Assembly (NCBI RefSeq): GCF_001194135.2
Contig: NC_068984.1
Location: 92,266,036 to 92,300,542 of the forward strand
Source: Octopus bimaculoides
Lineage: Eukaryota
Direction: 5' to 3'
Length of the DNA: 34,507 nt
Shown: in pieces, positions 21,622 to 34,204 of the stretch
Position numbering within the stretch: position 1 is the stretch's first letter
Layout: each line of letters starts with the position of its first letter
Notes under the pieces: generated by a model
Seen by the model: the letters and a program-made list of their open reading frames with translations, nothing else
The model's database searches: none
Told to the model about the DNA's origin: nothing
Program-made: the position numbers and the translations under genes

Positions 21622-21740
21622 TTCTTCTTCTTCTTCTTCTTCTTCTTCTTCTTCTTCTTCTTCTTCTTCTTCTTCTTCTTCTTCTTCTTCTTCTTCTTCT
21701 TCTTCTTCTTCTTCTTTTTATTATTATTATTATTATTATT
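21622..21740. repeat. (TTC)n followed by (ATT)n microsatellite
   Basis: Direct reading; interrupts the MULE transposase and forms the tail of the adjacent RLE element. Confidence 0.97.
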
Positions 21741-22040
21741 TTATGTTTGACTTTTGTTTTGCATTTGTACAAGTTGGATCCAAGTCTCACCCAGAGACCT
21801 CAAGAGACAACAAGTTAGAAGTTCATGTAGGTGTTATGCCTAGGGTACCATATATTTGGATTTGTACAGTTTTGTTCAAGTGAATNNNNNNNNNNNNNNN
21901 NNNNNNNNNNNNNNNNNNNNNNNNNNNNNNNNNNNNNNNNNNNNNNNNNNNNNNNNNNNNNCTATGACAATAGGTATTGTTTTCGTCTTCAGATTCCACA
22001 TTTTGCTAATTTCTATTTCAAGATCTTTATATTTGCTCAG

Positions 22041-22044
<4 letters not shown>
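21741..22044 (-). mobile_element. R4/Dong-like element, short 5'-truncated copy (RLE end plus 3' UTR)
   Basis: KLSKYKDLEIEISKMWNLKTKTIPIVI (21965-22044); 3' UTR (CCAAGTCTCACCCAGAGACCTCAAGAGACAACAAG) shared with 32010-32050; (AAT)n on both sides in element sense. Confidence 0.85.

Positions 22045-22126
<82 letters not shown>
22045..22126. repeat. (ATT)n microsatellite
   Basis: Direct reading. Confidence 0.97.
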
Positions 22127-22129
<3 letters not shown>

Positions 22130-22561
22130 TGGTCTTATTTTTATAACGTGCTTTTACTGCACTATCGTGTGCAGCTTTGTGTACCTTGGATATATGCTGT
22201 AGTTTGTTGTATATGATGTAGTTTGGTACATCACATATTTTCATTGTATTGAAAGGGTTTTACGTAGGATGTGTGCGGTGCCTAGTAGTGCTATTTTTTG
22301 TATGTTATATATACTTGTTAGTCCTGGTGTCTTTGTTATGTATTTGTCTGAATACTTTTTTATCATACCTGATCCACCTACTATGATAGGAATTGTTTCT
22401 ATTTTTAGGCTCCACATTCGCGTTACCTCAAATCTTTGTATTTTGAAAGCCCTTCCGTTTCTTTTAGAGATACATTGTCATCTGTTAGTATTGATATATC
22501 GATTAGAAAGCTTTTTTCTTCTTGGTAATCTCTGACAACTATATCCGGCCTATTGACCTTA

Positions 22562-22564
<3 letters not shown>

Positions 22565-22621
<57 letters not shown>
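22565..22621. repeat. (CT)n microsatellite inside the RLE coding region
   Basis: Direct reading. Confidence 0.97.
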
Positions 22622-22626
<5 letters not shown>

Positions 22627-25029
22627 GGCATATCCCAAAATATGGTTGCTTTCTCATTTTCTGTGACCTTTTCTGGCGGTGTGTCATACCATCTTTTTTC
22701 TGTTGTTATTCCATAGTGTTGGCATAGCGTCCAGTGTATATAGGTCCCATGTGTCTGTAAATATATTCCTTCTTAGCCAGGACTGGGCAGCCAGAGACAA
22801 TATGATTTATTGCTTCTTGTCCATATCTACATATTCTGAAGTTACTTGTATTTCTTTTCATTACATGCTTTTGGTAATTTCTGGTGGGAAGGCTTTGATC
22901 TTGTGCTGCAATTAAAATCCTTCAGGCTCTGCTTTGAATTCTGAGCTTCTCAACCATTTTGGGGGTTGTGCATTGTGTACTTTTTTCTGTTTAGTTTAAC
23001 CCAATATTTGCCAGGAAGGGGCTTTTCTTACCATCGTTTTATCATGATCCGTTGCTGTTCCAGTTTTAGTTTGGATTTCAGTTGTTTTACATCTTTTGTT
23101 GCTTCTTCTTTTTCTTCATTGTTGTTAGGTACTGTGACTTTATTTTTGTATTTGTCAGCTTCCTTAAAGCTGGGCTATTTCTATTACTTTACCTTTCTTC
23201 TGAAGTAGGTATTTCTGTAGTCTTATGGTGGTGGTTATTTTGTAATAATTTTCTAGCTGTATAAGGCATGTACCACTTTCGATACGTTGTATATATAACC
23301 TTTCTATGTCAGGTTTTGGGTGGTGCATCCTAAATCCTGTCGTTATTTTTCTTGTTTTCCTATCTATTTTGAGTCTATTTTAGAGTCTATTTAAGAATAT
23401 TGTAGCTGTATCTTATAACTGGCATGACTGAAGTTTTGATACCTATTATCTTGTTTTTGTATTGAGCTATGTTTTCAGTCTTAATCTAACTCGTTTGTAG
23501 TATTCTTTTCTTATCTTCTCCTTCATTTGTGTGTGTTGTATTGTATCTAGTTCTTTGATTCCTAAGTATTTGTATGTCTAGTTTTGGTCTAATCGTCTTG
23601 TTTCATTTGTTTTATCTAGTGTGATGTTGTTACTCATAACAAGCTTTCTTCTTTTCAAGGTTGCATTGGCACATTTTTCTAAGCCAAGCTTCAGATTTAT
23701 TTCTTTGGTAAATCCATGTACTGCCTGTAGTGCAGCTGTTTATCATTTGTAACGTACAGTTTTAGATCATCCATATATTGGAAATGGCTGATTGTTTTGT
23801 CGTAACAGTGGTATCCACATCCAGTTCTGTTTAGCATGTCGGATAAATGTGTCAGTGCCAAGTAGAAACGGGGTGGAGAGAGTATGTCTCCCTGGAATAT
23901 TCCTCTTCTAATGGGGATGGCTTTGGTTTTTATGAGTCCCTCTTTTGTCTGCAGTTGTAGCACTGTCTGTCGTTCCTCTATCCTTCACCCTGCAAACTTT
24001 CTGTTCTGGAAACAAATTCTGACTGTCAAGGTGCTCGTAAATGCTTTCTGAAAGCATTCCTGTTAACAGCTTCCACACTAAGCAAATGATTGGTGTAGTT
24101 GTTTTACCCTTGCTTTTAACTTTCGTAACGAGTATTGTTCTCCCTCTAGTTATCTATTCTGATATTATTCCTCCATTAAGGCAATTCTAAAGTTGTTCCC
24201 GCAGCCGCCCATGTAAGCTACTAAATTTCTTTAACCAGTACCCTTGAACTAAATCTGATCCTGGGTCCTTCAAATTCGGCAATTTTCCTAACACTTTACT
24301 CATTAATGCACTAGTTAGTCTTAGATCTGGCTGCTTCTCACTCACTATTTCTTCCCCCACTTTCTTTAACCATACTGCATCTCCAATACGATTGACTGGC
24401 ATGTCCCAAATATTACTCCAGAACTTTCTAGCTTCTTCTGCATTGGGTTTCTCATCTTCAGGACTTTCTTCTCCACGATTTATTTGGTTATAAAATCTCC
24501 TCTGGTGTGTCTCAAACAATCTACTCTGTTGATACTGATCTACTCTTTTCTGATATCTGAAAAACATAGCTGCTACTGCTATTATACGCTGCTTCAACTC
24601 TTCCATGACTGTCCCAAATCCTTTCTCTTTGACTAAGTATCTTTTCTCAAGAGAATATTTCAATCTTGTTTCCTAACTTGTTCAGTTTCCAGGCTTCTAT
24701 TCTACTCAGATCTTGTCTTAAAATCTTCACTTTATTTTGAAGTCTCCTTTTCCCCATTTGCTCATTTCTAATTTTTTCCTTGTGGAATATTTAATATTCT
24801 AGTAACTACTACCCCTCTTGCATAGATCAATGAGTTAGTGCTACCTGCATTTTTATATCTATCCTACTGGTAACTGAATCTACTTTCTTAGTCATATCTA
24901 GCAGCTTCCTTCTGTTGGTACCTTTTAATGCTGGCAATCTTTTTCTTTCTTTTTTACTCATTGCTTCCCGTAACCCATCTAAAATCTGATCTTCATCACT
25001 TAAATCGCTTAAATCGCTGAGGCTACTTG

Positions 25030-25245
25030 GAGTCTAGGACATTCACACCGCCATGCACAATAACCCCCCCAAGGACAATTACCCCTGAGGACAGCAGATG
25101 ATGATTTAAAACTTCTTAATATATTAGAGAGGGGTAATTAACCAAGTGGGGTAATTGTCCTAGAGGTAGTTGTCGGTGGAGTGGAATTGTCCTATGGGGG
25201 TAATTGTCCTTAGGAGTAATTGTTCTGATACGGCCAGTTGTCCCT
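25030..25245. mobile_element. Small foldback-type non-autonomous element built of GGACAATTACCCC / GGGGTAATTGTCC motifs
   Basis: About 3 motif copies in one orientation on the left and 5-6 in reverse orientation on the right; nested in the R4/Dong copy. Confidence 0.65.
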
Positions 25246-25399
25246 TCCTGATTAGTAGTGCTATTATTATCTTTTCCTTTGGGTCCTTCTTTGGCTTGAA
25301 CTGTATTTCTTCTGTTGTTGTTTGTCTTTTCTACTGCTTGGTGTTTTTTTTCCAGTTCTCTTGTAATCTCTTCCACCTCCAATTCGCTTTTCCCATCAC

Positions 25400-28200
25400 C
25401 TTCACTATTGCAGGATCAACAGACATCAATGACAACAAAAAGCAACAACACAAACAAGAATACTGCCACCTCCAATACCACCACTAGTACCATAACTAGG
25501 TCCACCACCAACCACATCATTAACGAAAAGGACAAAGGAAACGAACCACACAAATCCACACCTAGTGAGTTCGATTTTGCGCAATTCACAAAACAAGTAA
25601 GCGAAGACATTTTTATATACGAAACTGAATTCAAAAGTGCTAAATATATGTGGGAGAAATGTAGTACTAAATATTCCTAGAACTATCACCAAGAAATTCG
25701 TTCGAAGACAGTTCTATATAAAACAATTAGAGCCAAAAGTAGGAAAGTAGGGCAGGCAATATACCAGCAAATTGGAAAATGCTTGGAGGAGCAAAACATA
25801 TATAACTAGGGGAAAAAATTCGGAACTGTTGAACTGAAATTCGCCTCAGAGAAAGAAGAAGTCAACAGTCAGCCTAACGAATAACGAACTCATCCTCATC
25901 CTCATCAACCTTGGTCAAAGACTAGTCAAAATTAGAATACTCAACATCCCACCAGAAATAAACATCTGGTTGGTGGCTGCGATTCTGCTCGACATAGAAA
26001 AAACAGCCACAATTCTGCGAATACAGAAAGTACAGAAGCAGAACTGGTTAGGACAGAGGATGCAGCTACTAATACAGACAGACCAAAGTGTCACATTGCT
26101 TTTGGCAGAAAGTCAAGATGTGACTTGTACAAGGACACAAATCATCTCAACGCGTTCAGCCTACAACAAAAGAGAGAATTGACACCCTTCATTTTTGCGA
26201 CATCACCACCACCACCACAACAACAGCAGCACCAGCTAAACCAAGTAATCATTGCAGCTGCAAAAACAGCAGTAACAGTAGTAGCAACAACTTCAATCAC
26301 AGTAGCAGGGACGGCAGTAGCAGTAGCAACAAGAACAACAACAATGGAAGCAACAGTATCAAACACAACAGATAACTCACCAACATCCACAACAGTAAAA
26401 GTAACAATCCCAGTCTTAATAACCCTACTAGTTGGCACAAAACTTCACGTGACCTTTGAGAGCAGAAAGTCGAAGTGTCACATGTGCAGTTTCACAAATC
26501 ACCTCAAGGCCTTTTACGCACAGCAAAGGAAAGACGGGAGACTAACACTCCTGCTAACACCACCACCCTACCAACACCATGACAACGACAACAACAACAG
26601 AAATAGCAGCAACAGCACCATCTCAAGCAGATGGCCACACCACCAACGACAGGAATGAAATTAACAGCTGCAAAAGCAGTAGCAACAATTACTGCAGCAA
26701 CCACAGCAACATCCACGGCTGCAGCAACAACAGCAACAACAACAATGGAAGATATTACAACAGAAAACAGTAACATCAAAGGCTGCCACATCACAGACAG
26801 CCAGGAACAACAGTGCCAGAAACCCCAAAACCTTGACAACTATTTCAATAAAACAGCACCAGAAACATACCTCTCCTCTCTTCGAATCTCTTATCATGTC
26901 CTGTAATGAAAGAGTCGGTGAGGACCCTAAATATCAAACGATCACCAAGGCCAAGAAAAGAAAAAAAGTAACAAAGACACATCAACACCAAGGCAAAATC
27001 TGGACGATACAAACAAATGGAGAAGATGCTTTGAGCAACAATGCTCAAACGTCACCCCCAACAACAGCTACACTAACATTGTTAGCATCATCCCTGCCAT
27101 TAACACAACCAATATCACTATCAAAGACAACATCACTACATGCAGAAACTAATTGACACGCAAAACAGTTATATCACGTTAGACATCATCACCTATACTG
27201 CCATAAACACGACCAAAAAAGCACTAATGGAATACATATTCAACCATACAAACATCAGCTAGAGAAATTTCATCACACCAACAACTAACATAACACGCAT
27301 AAAAATCATACAAATAACGCAAAACACATATAACACCATAAAAATAAATATCCCGGGTGTGTAGGGGTTTTCAGGAGAAACAAACAAAAGACTATTTAAA
27401 GAAATGCTCGTGGAAAAATCCACATCAAGATAGAGGATTGGAACATCTATCCCCATTTTCCTTACAAAATCACTGTAAGTAGCTCTTTCTTCTATTTCAT
27501 TGTCTATGGTCTTAATCAGAATAGACAGTACAAATGCATATTGCCTGAGGTCGTCTTGATCACTAAGAACAGATATCGGCCTTATCAATGAGACCAAACC
27601 CTCCGGCCGACAAACTTTCATACCCAGTTTTGGTGGATACGACATTTACTTACCTCCATGACAACCAGGAATGGAGAGGTAGAACTGCGTTGTTCCGAGA
27701 AGGCCTGAATCTCAAGATAAGGACTATCTCCCTAGATCCAGAAGGTGAGTTGGTGGCCCAGGATTTGAACAGCAGCGACAGGAGTGCCTTCAGATTGTGG
27801 CTGTTTATGCTCCGGTAGGGCAGGGCAACCAGATTTTTTCAGATGTCTGAAGGCTTTTCTGGAAGCGTCTCTAGTTTTAGTGTTAATGTGTGACTGGAAT
27901 ACTATTTTGAACGGGTGTTTAGATTGTGTAGAGCTAGCTGTTAGAAGAAAGGGTACAAAAGCCTTGCAGACCTGCTCAGACGTTTTCAACTGTCTGACAG
28001 GTACCGGCTGGATTTCCTCTTATGTACCATTGTGGACATGAACAAACCGCATCGGGTCATCGCATCGAGGTCGTATCAAGACAGAGTATTCTGAAGGCCG
28101 GTAGATAAGGATAGTATAAGCTGTCTACTTTTTAAAATCGTCGGCTACACAGACCACAAATTTGTGATCTGCACAATTGACCTACACTTACTTCATAGGC
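25400..28200 (+). mobile_element. Tx1/L1-like LINE relic 1: ORF1 (zinc knuckles, Thr/Ala-rich) plus APE endonuclease
   Basis: ORF1: KIRILNIPPEINIWLVAA..., knuckles CDLYKDTNHLNAFS (26119) and CHMCSFTNHLKAFY (26476). EN: DIGLINETK, ISLDPEGELVAQD, QPDFFRCLKAFLE...LMCDWN, SYQDRV, TDHKFV (27520-28180). Confidence 0.78.
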
Positions 28201-28229
28201 AGTGGCTACCCACCGCCATGAAGACTTCG

Positions 28230-30330
28230 TCCTCTTCCCTACGTATTTGGGAAGTTGAGCGGTGAAAGTTACAATACAAGGGGAACCACCAGATCTAGAT
28301 TTGTGATGGATTTTCGCTTGTGTAGTATTGGAGAAGAGTGACTCTCCTGGACGTCAAGAGAACATGGAGGGAGAACTGGACATGGATGACAGTGGAGGTG
28401 TTTCTACATGGAAAACCTAACTAACTGGAGAGGATCCTAGACCTGGTCTCCCTGCCGAATGGAACAGAGTTATGAGTGAGTGTAGAGAGAAGACCGAGAT
28501 GCCATATCTGTGGAATGATGGATCTATAAAAGCATTCTGTCCATACTTCAAAAACAAAAGGTGATAAAGGATTCCCCCTCCACTGCCATCATAGCCACAG
28601 CTCTTACAAGAAAAGTGCAGAGGCAACAGCAATAGCGGCTAGTGCATCACAAGAAAAACTCCAATATCGGAGGCGGTATTGGCGTTTACAGCGGTGGATT
28701 TATCTGTGACGGCTGGACCGGCAGCAGCAGCAAAAGCGGCAATAGAAGAAACAGCAACAGTAACTGCAGCAATAGCTCCAACAGCAGCAGCAGTACCACC
28801 ACCACCATTACCACCACCGTGGTCACTACCATCACCGTCACCACCAGCAACAAGAATAACAACAGAAAGGACCACTCAGAGTGTCCCCGCCCCGGCTCTC
28901 CCTCTCCCCCTCTCTCAAACACACACACAAACACAAACACAACCATAACCCCACCCATAACCGAAACAGTTTCCACGAACACTGGTTTCTCCACATCTCA
29001 AAGTGAAAACGAGGAGGAACCCCACCAAAAATCTAAAACAAAAAACAAAAAAAGGCAATACAAGAGAAATCACACTGCTTCATACCAACACGCACCGCAA
29101 AACACAGAAAACTCTCACAACAAGCACAAACACATCGACAACACCAGCTCCACCAACTCCACAACCGTCAGTACAACCACCACCAACACTATCAAGACTA
29201 TCACAACTTCACCTTCCCCATAAAGAAAGCTTACACAAAGCCAACTGCATAGACACTGAATTTCGTGCTAGTGAAAAGAGTCAACGAATTGATGGCCCTC
29301 ATAGCTCGAAATAAAGATATAAAGAAACGGGGGAGAGCAAGTTATGACACCAGCACTTTTAACGTGTCAGAAGATTTAATGTTAGTGCCTATGCCACTAA
29401 CGATATACAAAAAACATAAGGGATGTATCCCTTACGACGTGGGAAACCCTAATATAAATACCACCAGTAAACTTTTAAAACGGTTCCCAGAAAAACTCCA
29501 ACAGGATTCGGAGGTGGGGGCTACACGGCCACCAGCAGCACCGGGTGAGAGAGTGCCCTACTCTTTTCTCTAAATTCTTTTCGTGCAACGTGACGATTAT
29601 TAGAGTAGGTTGTATAAATTGTACGTGGCTTGGGGGCGTCTTGAAAGCTAGGGCGCGTGCTCAATGGTTAACCGTGCAAAAGTAGGTGCATGCCGACCGA
29701 CAGCCTTGTAGGGCGCTAAACGGAGGGACTGGTTTGGTCTGGACCTCCAGGTGGACAAGAATTGGCGGGGAGATGACAATTGGGTTGGCTAGTCTCACTC
29801 AGAAATGGGCAGAGAGAAATCTGTCCCTGAAGGGTCGAGCGAAGATGATGAATGCATACAGGGCTTCCGTCATCAACCACCGCATGGCCATCGTCCTTTG
29901 TTTAGCTTCGTGACTGATCAAGCTGGCGTACTTTCTCTTCCACTTTCTGTGGAAGGGAGGTGTTCCGCTCGTTAGACGGGCCATCTGCTGTCAGCAGCTG
30001 CTGAGCGAAGGATTGGACATGCCGTAGTTAATGATGCGCAGACATGCACTGAGGCTGAAACATCTCCAGGGATTCCTTGACGGTGAGCAGGTGTGGTCGC
30101 CATTTGTCAGACAGGATTTTCCGCCACTCGTGTCATTGATTGAGCTACAGTCCTTGATCAAGCGTAGACCGAGAAAGGCCGACTGACACCCTGAGTGTCG
30201 GCAAGTGCTCACAGCGCTCTACTGCAATGCAGTTAGTGAAGTTCCACACTTGAGTTCAATTGATGATTAGACACAGGCAAGAGTGACGACACCCTTTGTG
30301 AACTCTGAACGTTGGGAGGGATCAATTAGC
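28230..30330 (+). mobile_element. Tx1/L1-like LINE relic 2: ORF1 plus RT C-terminal fragment (internally deleted)
   Basis: PTYLGS*AVKVTIQGEPPDLD, knuckle CHICGMM..IKAFCP (28500-28543, frameshifted), Ala/Thr-rich tract, basic KNKKRQ; then KWAERNLSLKGRAKMMNAY...FLFHFLWKGGVPLVRRAICC...ALRLKHLQ (29800-30100). Confidence 0.75.
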
Positions 30331-30429
30331 TGGTCTTTTCCGAAGAATTTCCTGGCCGGGGTCAATGAAGAATTTCCAGAAATCTCTGGCTTAGCACTAC
30401 TAACGGGAAGTTCTGCCGGTTCGAGGCAA

Positions 30430-31400
30430 GCTTGAAAAGTAGAGCAGGCAACACATCAGAAAATTGAAAAATGCTTAAGACCAGTTTGATAGAGCAAAAC
30501 AATGTATCCAGGGGGAAGAAATATCAGGCTTTCGAAGTGAGATTCGCCTAGGAAGAGTAGGTCAAAAATCACTCAACAGCCACCCTAACAAGTAACGAAC
30601 ACATCCTCATCTACCTTGGTCGAAGAGCATCCTAAGTTAGAATATTCAACAATCCATCAAAAATAAACATCTGCTGGTCGGTAATTGCTATTCTCCTCAA
30701 CATAGAAGAGACAACTACAATCCTGCGAATACAGAGAAAGTAGAAGTAGAACTGGTTAGAACAAGAGAGTGTAGCTATTAATTCAGGCAGACCAAAAAAG
30801 TATCGAGCCTACTAGATGGTACAAACTTACCGTGGGTTTTGAGGGCAGAAAGCCAAGATATCACCTGTGCGAGGACACATACCATCTCAAAGAGTTCTGC
30901 TTACAACAAACGAGAAAAATTAAGACACCCTATTTTTCTGACACCACTACTATAACAAGAACAGCAACAGCACCAACAAATGCAGGTGACCACTGCAGCT
31001 GCAAAAACAACAGCAATAGTAGTAGCAGCTACTGCAATCACATCAGCACCGACAGCATTAGCAGTAACAACAGGAACAACAGGAGCAACAACAACAACCG
31101 CAAAGGAAAACTCACCAACATCTGCAGCAGCAAAAACAACAGCGTCAAAATGCCCCAAAAGTTACTTCATCAGCAGAAAAACAACAAAAACTCCGCAAGA
31201 TTTGCCCCTCCCGTGTTCGGAGCAAACAGATATGTCCTGCAGTGATGGGGAAGCAAGAAGACCCTAACTGGCAAAAGGTTCATAGTTCAAACAAAAGAAA
31301 GGCAAAGTAATACCGACATCAACAAAAAAACTGGCAGGTATGACCAGACGGTGGGAGACTCCCATCGAAAGCAAAGTCTCAAATACTTCCCCTAACAGTG
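30430..31400 (+). mobile_element. Tx1/L1-like LINE relic 3: ORF1 fragment
   Basis: 30450-30800 parallels 25760-26090 in nucleotide sequence; knuckle FEGRKPRYHLCEDTYHLKEFC (30838-30900), then a Thr/Ala-rich tract. Confidence 0.75.
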
Positions 31401-31410
31401 CGATCACCCG

Positions 31411-31818
31411 ACCAGACATTAGTAACCGAACATTGTTGTGGTGAATAAAAAAGAAAGAACGTGTATGATAATCGGCATAGCATGTTCCGGTGACAACAGG
31501 ATCAATGTGAAAGAACAAGGTAAAATGAACAACTATGACGATTTGAAGTAGGAAATACGAAGGTTGTGGTCAACGAAGAAAGAAGGCGTGATACCGATAG
31601 TAACTGGTGCACTTCGAAGTATCAGCACTCATCATCTACCAACATTACTAAAAAAGATTGGTGCAAGTGAGAAGGTAGAACACCTACAAAAATCAGCTTT
31701 GCTTGGAACTGCAAGAATTCTTCGCAGGGTTCTTGAAGCATGACCAGTAAAAAGTGTAGTGGCTGTGGACAGCTGATACTTTCCATCATACTCAGTAAAA
31801 TAAACTGTGCGTTTTTCA
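31411..31818 (+). mobile_element. R4/Dong-like element 3' end (RLE) with (AAT)n tail
   Basis: ...KMNNYDDLK*EIRRLWSTKKEGVIPIVTGAL...LQKSALLGTARILRRVLEA*; tail (AAT)n 31819-31846. Confidence 0.85.
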
Positions 31819-31846
<28 letters not shown>

Positions 31847-31849
<3 letters not shown>

Positions 31850-31960
31850 TCTATTATAAACACAAGGCCTGAAATTTGAACTCAGAACTTAGCGACAGGC
31901 GAAATACCGCTCGGCATTTCGTCCAGTGTGCTAACGATTCTGCTAGCTCGGTGCCTTAAT
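31847..31960 (-). mobile_element. SINE family A, internally deleted
   Basis: Minus strand TAAGGCACCGAGCTAGCAGAATCGTTAGCAC...GAGTTCAAATTTCAGGCCTTGTG: head joined directly to tail. Confidence 0.8.
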
Positions 31961-31985
31961 AATAAATAATAATTGCTATTATCAT

Positions 31986-34200
31986 TGCATTGTATTTGTA
32001 TAAGTTGACTCCAAGTCTCACCCAGAGACCTCAAGAGACAACAAGCTAGAAGTTCATGTTGGTGTTGTGCCTAGAGTGTCATATATTTGGTTTTGCATAT
32101 AGTATTGTTCTAGACAATGTTTAAGAAAACATTAGAAAATTATGAGTTTGTTTTAAAATTTGAGATTACATTTAAATTTTGAGACAGTATTTTACGTAGG
32201 ATATGGGCAGTTCCCATGAGAACCATCTTTTGAATTTCTACCGTTTTGGTCTTTACTGGTATCTGAGTTTGGTAGGAATCAGCCCCTTTTGCTATCATTC
32301 CTAGGGCACCTATGAAAACAGGTATTGTTTTAGTCTTGAGGTTCCACATTTTGCCAATTTCTATTCAAGATCTTTATACTTGATCAGTTTTTGGTAGGTC
32401 TTAACAGATATATTTATGTCGATAGGGACTGTCACATCAATAAGGAGGTATGATTTTTGTCTGACTCTTTTAATATACTGTCTGGCCTGTTCGCATCTAT
32501 CTTTCTGTCAGTTTGAATGGTGAAGTTCCAGAGGAGTGAGATGTGATCATTTTCAAGCAGTGGAGGTGGTTTGTATTCCCACCAATTTTTATTATGGGAC
32601 AGGTCCAGGTTTTTCCGAATTACGCAGTGAATATATTGTGCTGCTCTATCATGCCTGTTTAGATAATCTGTAGGTGCAAGACTGCACATGGAGACAACAT
32701 GATCAATGGTTTCGTAGGCACAGGAATGGCTGTGTGGTAAGTAGCTTGCTTACCAACTACATGGTTCTGGGTTCAGTCCCACTGCGTGGCACCTTGGGCA
32801 AGTGTCTTCTACTAAAGCCTTGTGAGTGGATTTGGTAGACGGAAACTGAAAGAATTCCGTCGTATATATATATGTATATATATATATATATGTATGTGTG
32901 TGTATATGTTTGTGTGTCTGTGTTTCTCCCCCAACATCGCTTGACAATCGATGCTGGTGTGTTTACGTTCCCGTAACTTAGCGGTTTGGCAAAATAGACC
33001 GATAGAATAAGTACTAGGCTTACAATGAATAAGTCCTGGGGTCAATTTCTTCGACTAAAGACGGTGCTCCAGCATGGCCACAGTCAAATGACTGAAACAA
33101 GTANNNNNNNNNNNNNNNNNNNNNNNNNNNNNNNNNNNNNNNNNNNNNNNNNNNNNNNNNNNNNNNNNNNNNNNNNNNNNNNNNNNNNNNNNNNNNNNNN
33201 NNNNNNNNNNNNNNNNNNNNNNNNNNNNNNNNNNNNNNNNNNNNNNNNNNNNNNNNNNNNNNNNNNNNNNNNNNNNNNNNNNNNNNNNNNNNNNNNNNNN
33301 NNNNNNNNNNNNNNNNNNNCTATCGAGAAGTTCTTCGTGCCATTTATCAGTAAGAATATCTAAGGCAGCAGTTTTAGCACTCGGTTTTCATACGCTTAAC
33401 TTTTTCTGTGCTTGTTTCTAGTCCGTCAAATTCTGGAATTTATTGTATTTGGAATTCACTTAGAAATTTCTTTGCCTGTTTTGTAACTGAGTATGATGCT
33501 TTCTTGTTTTCATGCTTTGAGACATCAGAGTTTTTCAGGTCTAGGCCAATTGTGGCAATCTTCATTGTTAATTCCAGTTGTAAAAGTCCACGGCCACCCT
33601 CTTTTCTTGGCAGGTAAAGTCGTTCTATATCTGCCTTAGGGTGGTGCATTCTATGTATTGTCAAAACTCTTCGTATTTTTCAGTCAAGATTACATATTTC
33701 AGTAATTGACCAGTTAATGATATTGAAACTGTAAGTCACGACTGGTATGGCTAAAGTATTGATCGCTTCGATCCTGTTTCTTGCATTCAGCTCTGTCTTG
33801 AGTATTGCCCTTATCCTGCGATAACATTCTCTTCTGACCCTTTCCTTCATCACTGAATGTTTGATTCCGTCCCCTTCAAATACCCCTAGGTATTTGTAGC
33901 TCTCCGCTGGTTTTAACTCCTTTATGACATTCTGCTGGTCTGGATTAACGTTGGATGTTTCTGTCATTTTTCCTTTGATAAAGGTAGTTTTTGCACATTT
34001 ATCGAGGCCAAAATGCTTCCTGATGTAATCACTGAATTGTTTAACAATCACTAGTAAACTCTGTAGTTGTTGGTGATTTTTTGCAAATAGCTTTAAGTCA
34101 TCCATGTAAATAAGATGATTTATATTTTTATCAAACATTTTATGGCCGTATTATACATCATCGAGCAATTTTGAGAGAGGCATTAGACAAAATTCACCAA
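31986..34200 (-). mobile_element. R4/Dong-like element (RT to RLE), interrupted by a family B SINE and a gap
   Basis: HLIYMDDLKLFAK...FGLDKCAK...YKYLG (33680-34138), MHHPKADIERLYLPRKEGGRGLLQL, ETIDHVVS..LAPTDYLNRH (CCHC), DANRPD, IPVFIGALG...QKMVLMGTAHILRK. Confidence 0.9.
32715..33103 (+). mobile_element. tRNA-derived SINE family B (CORE-type, OR2-like) with internal (TA/TG) microsatellite
   Basis: Head GGAATGGCTGTGTGGTAAG...GGTTCAGTCCC (A/B boxes), CORE-like CACCTTGGGCAAGTGTCTT, tail GGTGCTCCAGCATGGCCACAGTCAAATGACTGAAACAAGTA; inserted in the CCHC region of the R4/Dong copy. The OR2 name is from memory. Confidence 0.85.
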
Positions 34201-34204
34201 ATCT

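Larger units (their letters stand above)
22127..25400 (-). mobile_element. R4/Dong-like non-LTR retrotransposon, long decayed copy (N-terminal region, RT, CCHC, RLE)
   Basis: In minus-strand order: SELEVEEI (N-term, ~25380), EELKQRI...RFYNQ...KDPGSDLVQGYWLKK (24187-24663), RGIFQGDILSP...YMDDLKLY (23697-23963), MHHPKPDI, GKYWVKLN, NRPDIVV...LID (RLE), QKIALLGTAHILRK. Internal deletions; may be a composite of more than one copy. Confidence 0.85.

Noticed and set aside
21407-21883. Homopolymeric-peptide ORFs (poly-R/F/S/Y/L/I/N; HTHT, CVCV) here and elsewhere
   Set aside because: Translations of microsatellites, not genes.
28642-29223. Thr/Ser-rich mucin-like ORFs (also 26125-26906, 30832-31267)
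   Set aside because: Embedded between LINE ORF1 knuckles and EN/RT remnants, with frameshifts and no splice signals; better explained as decayed ORF1.
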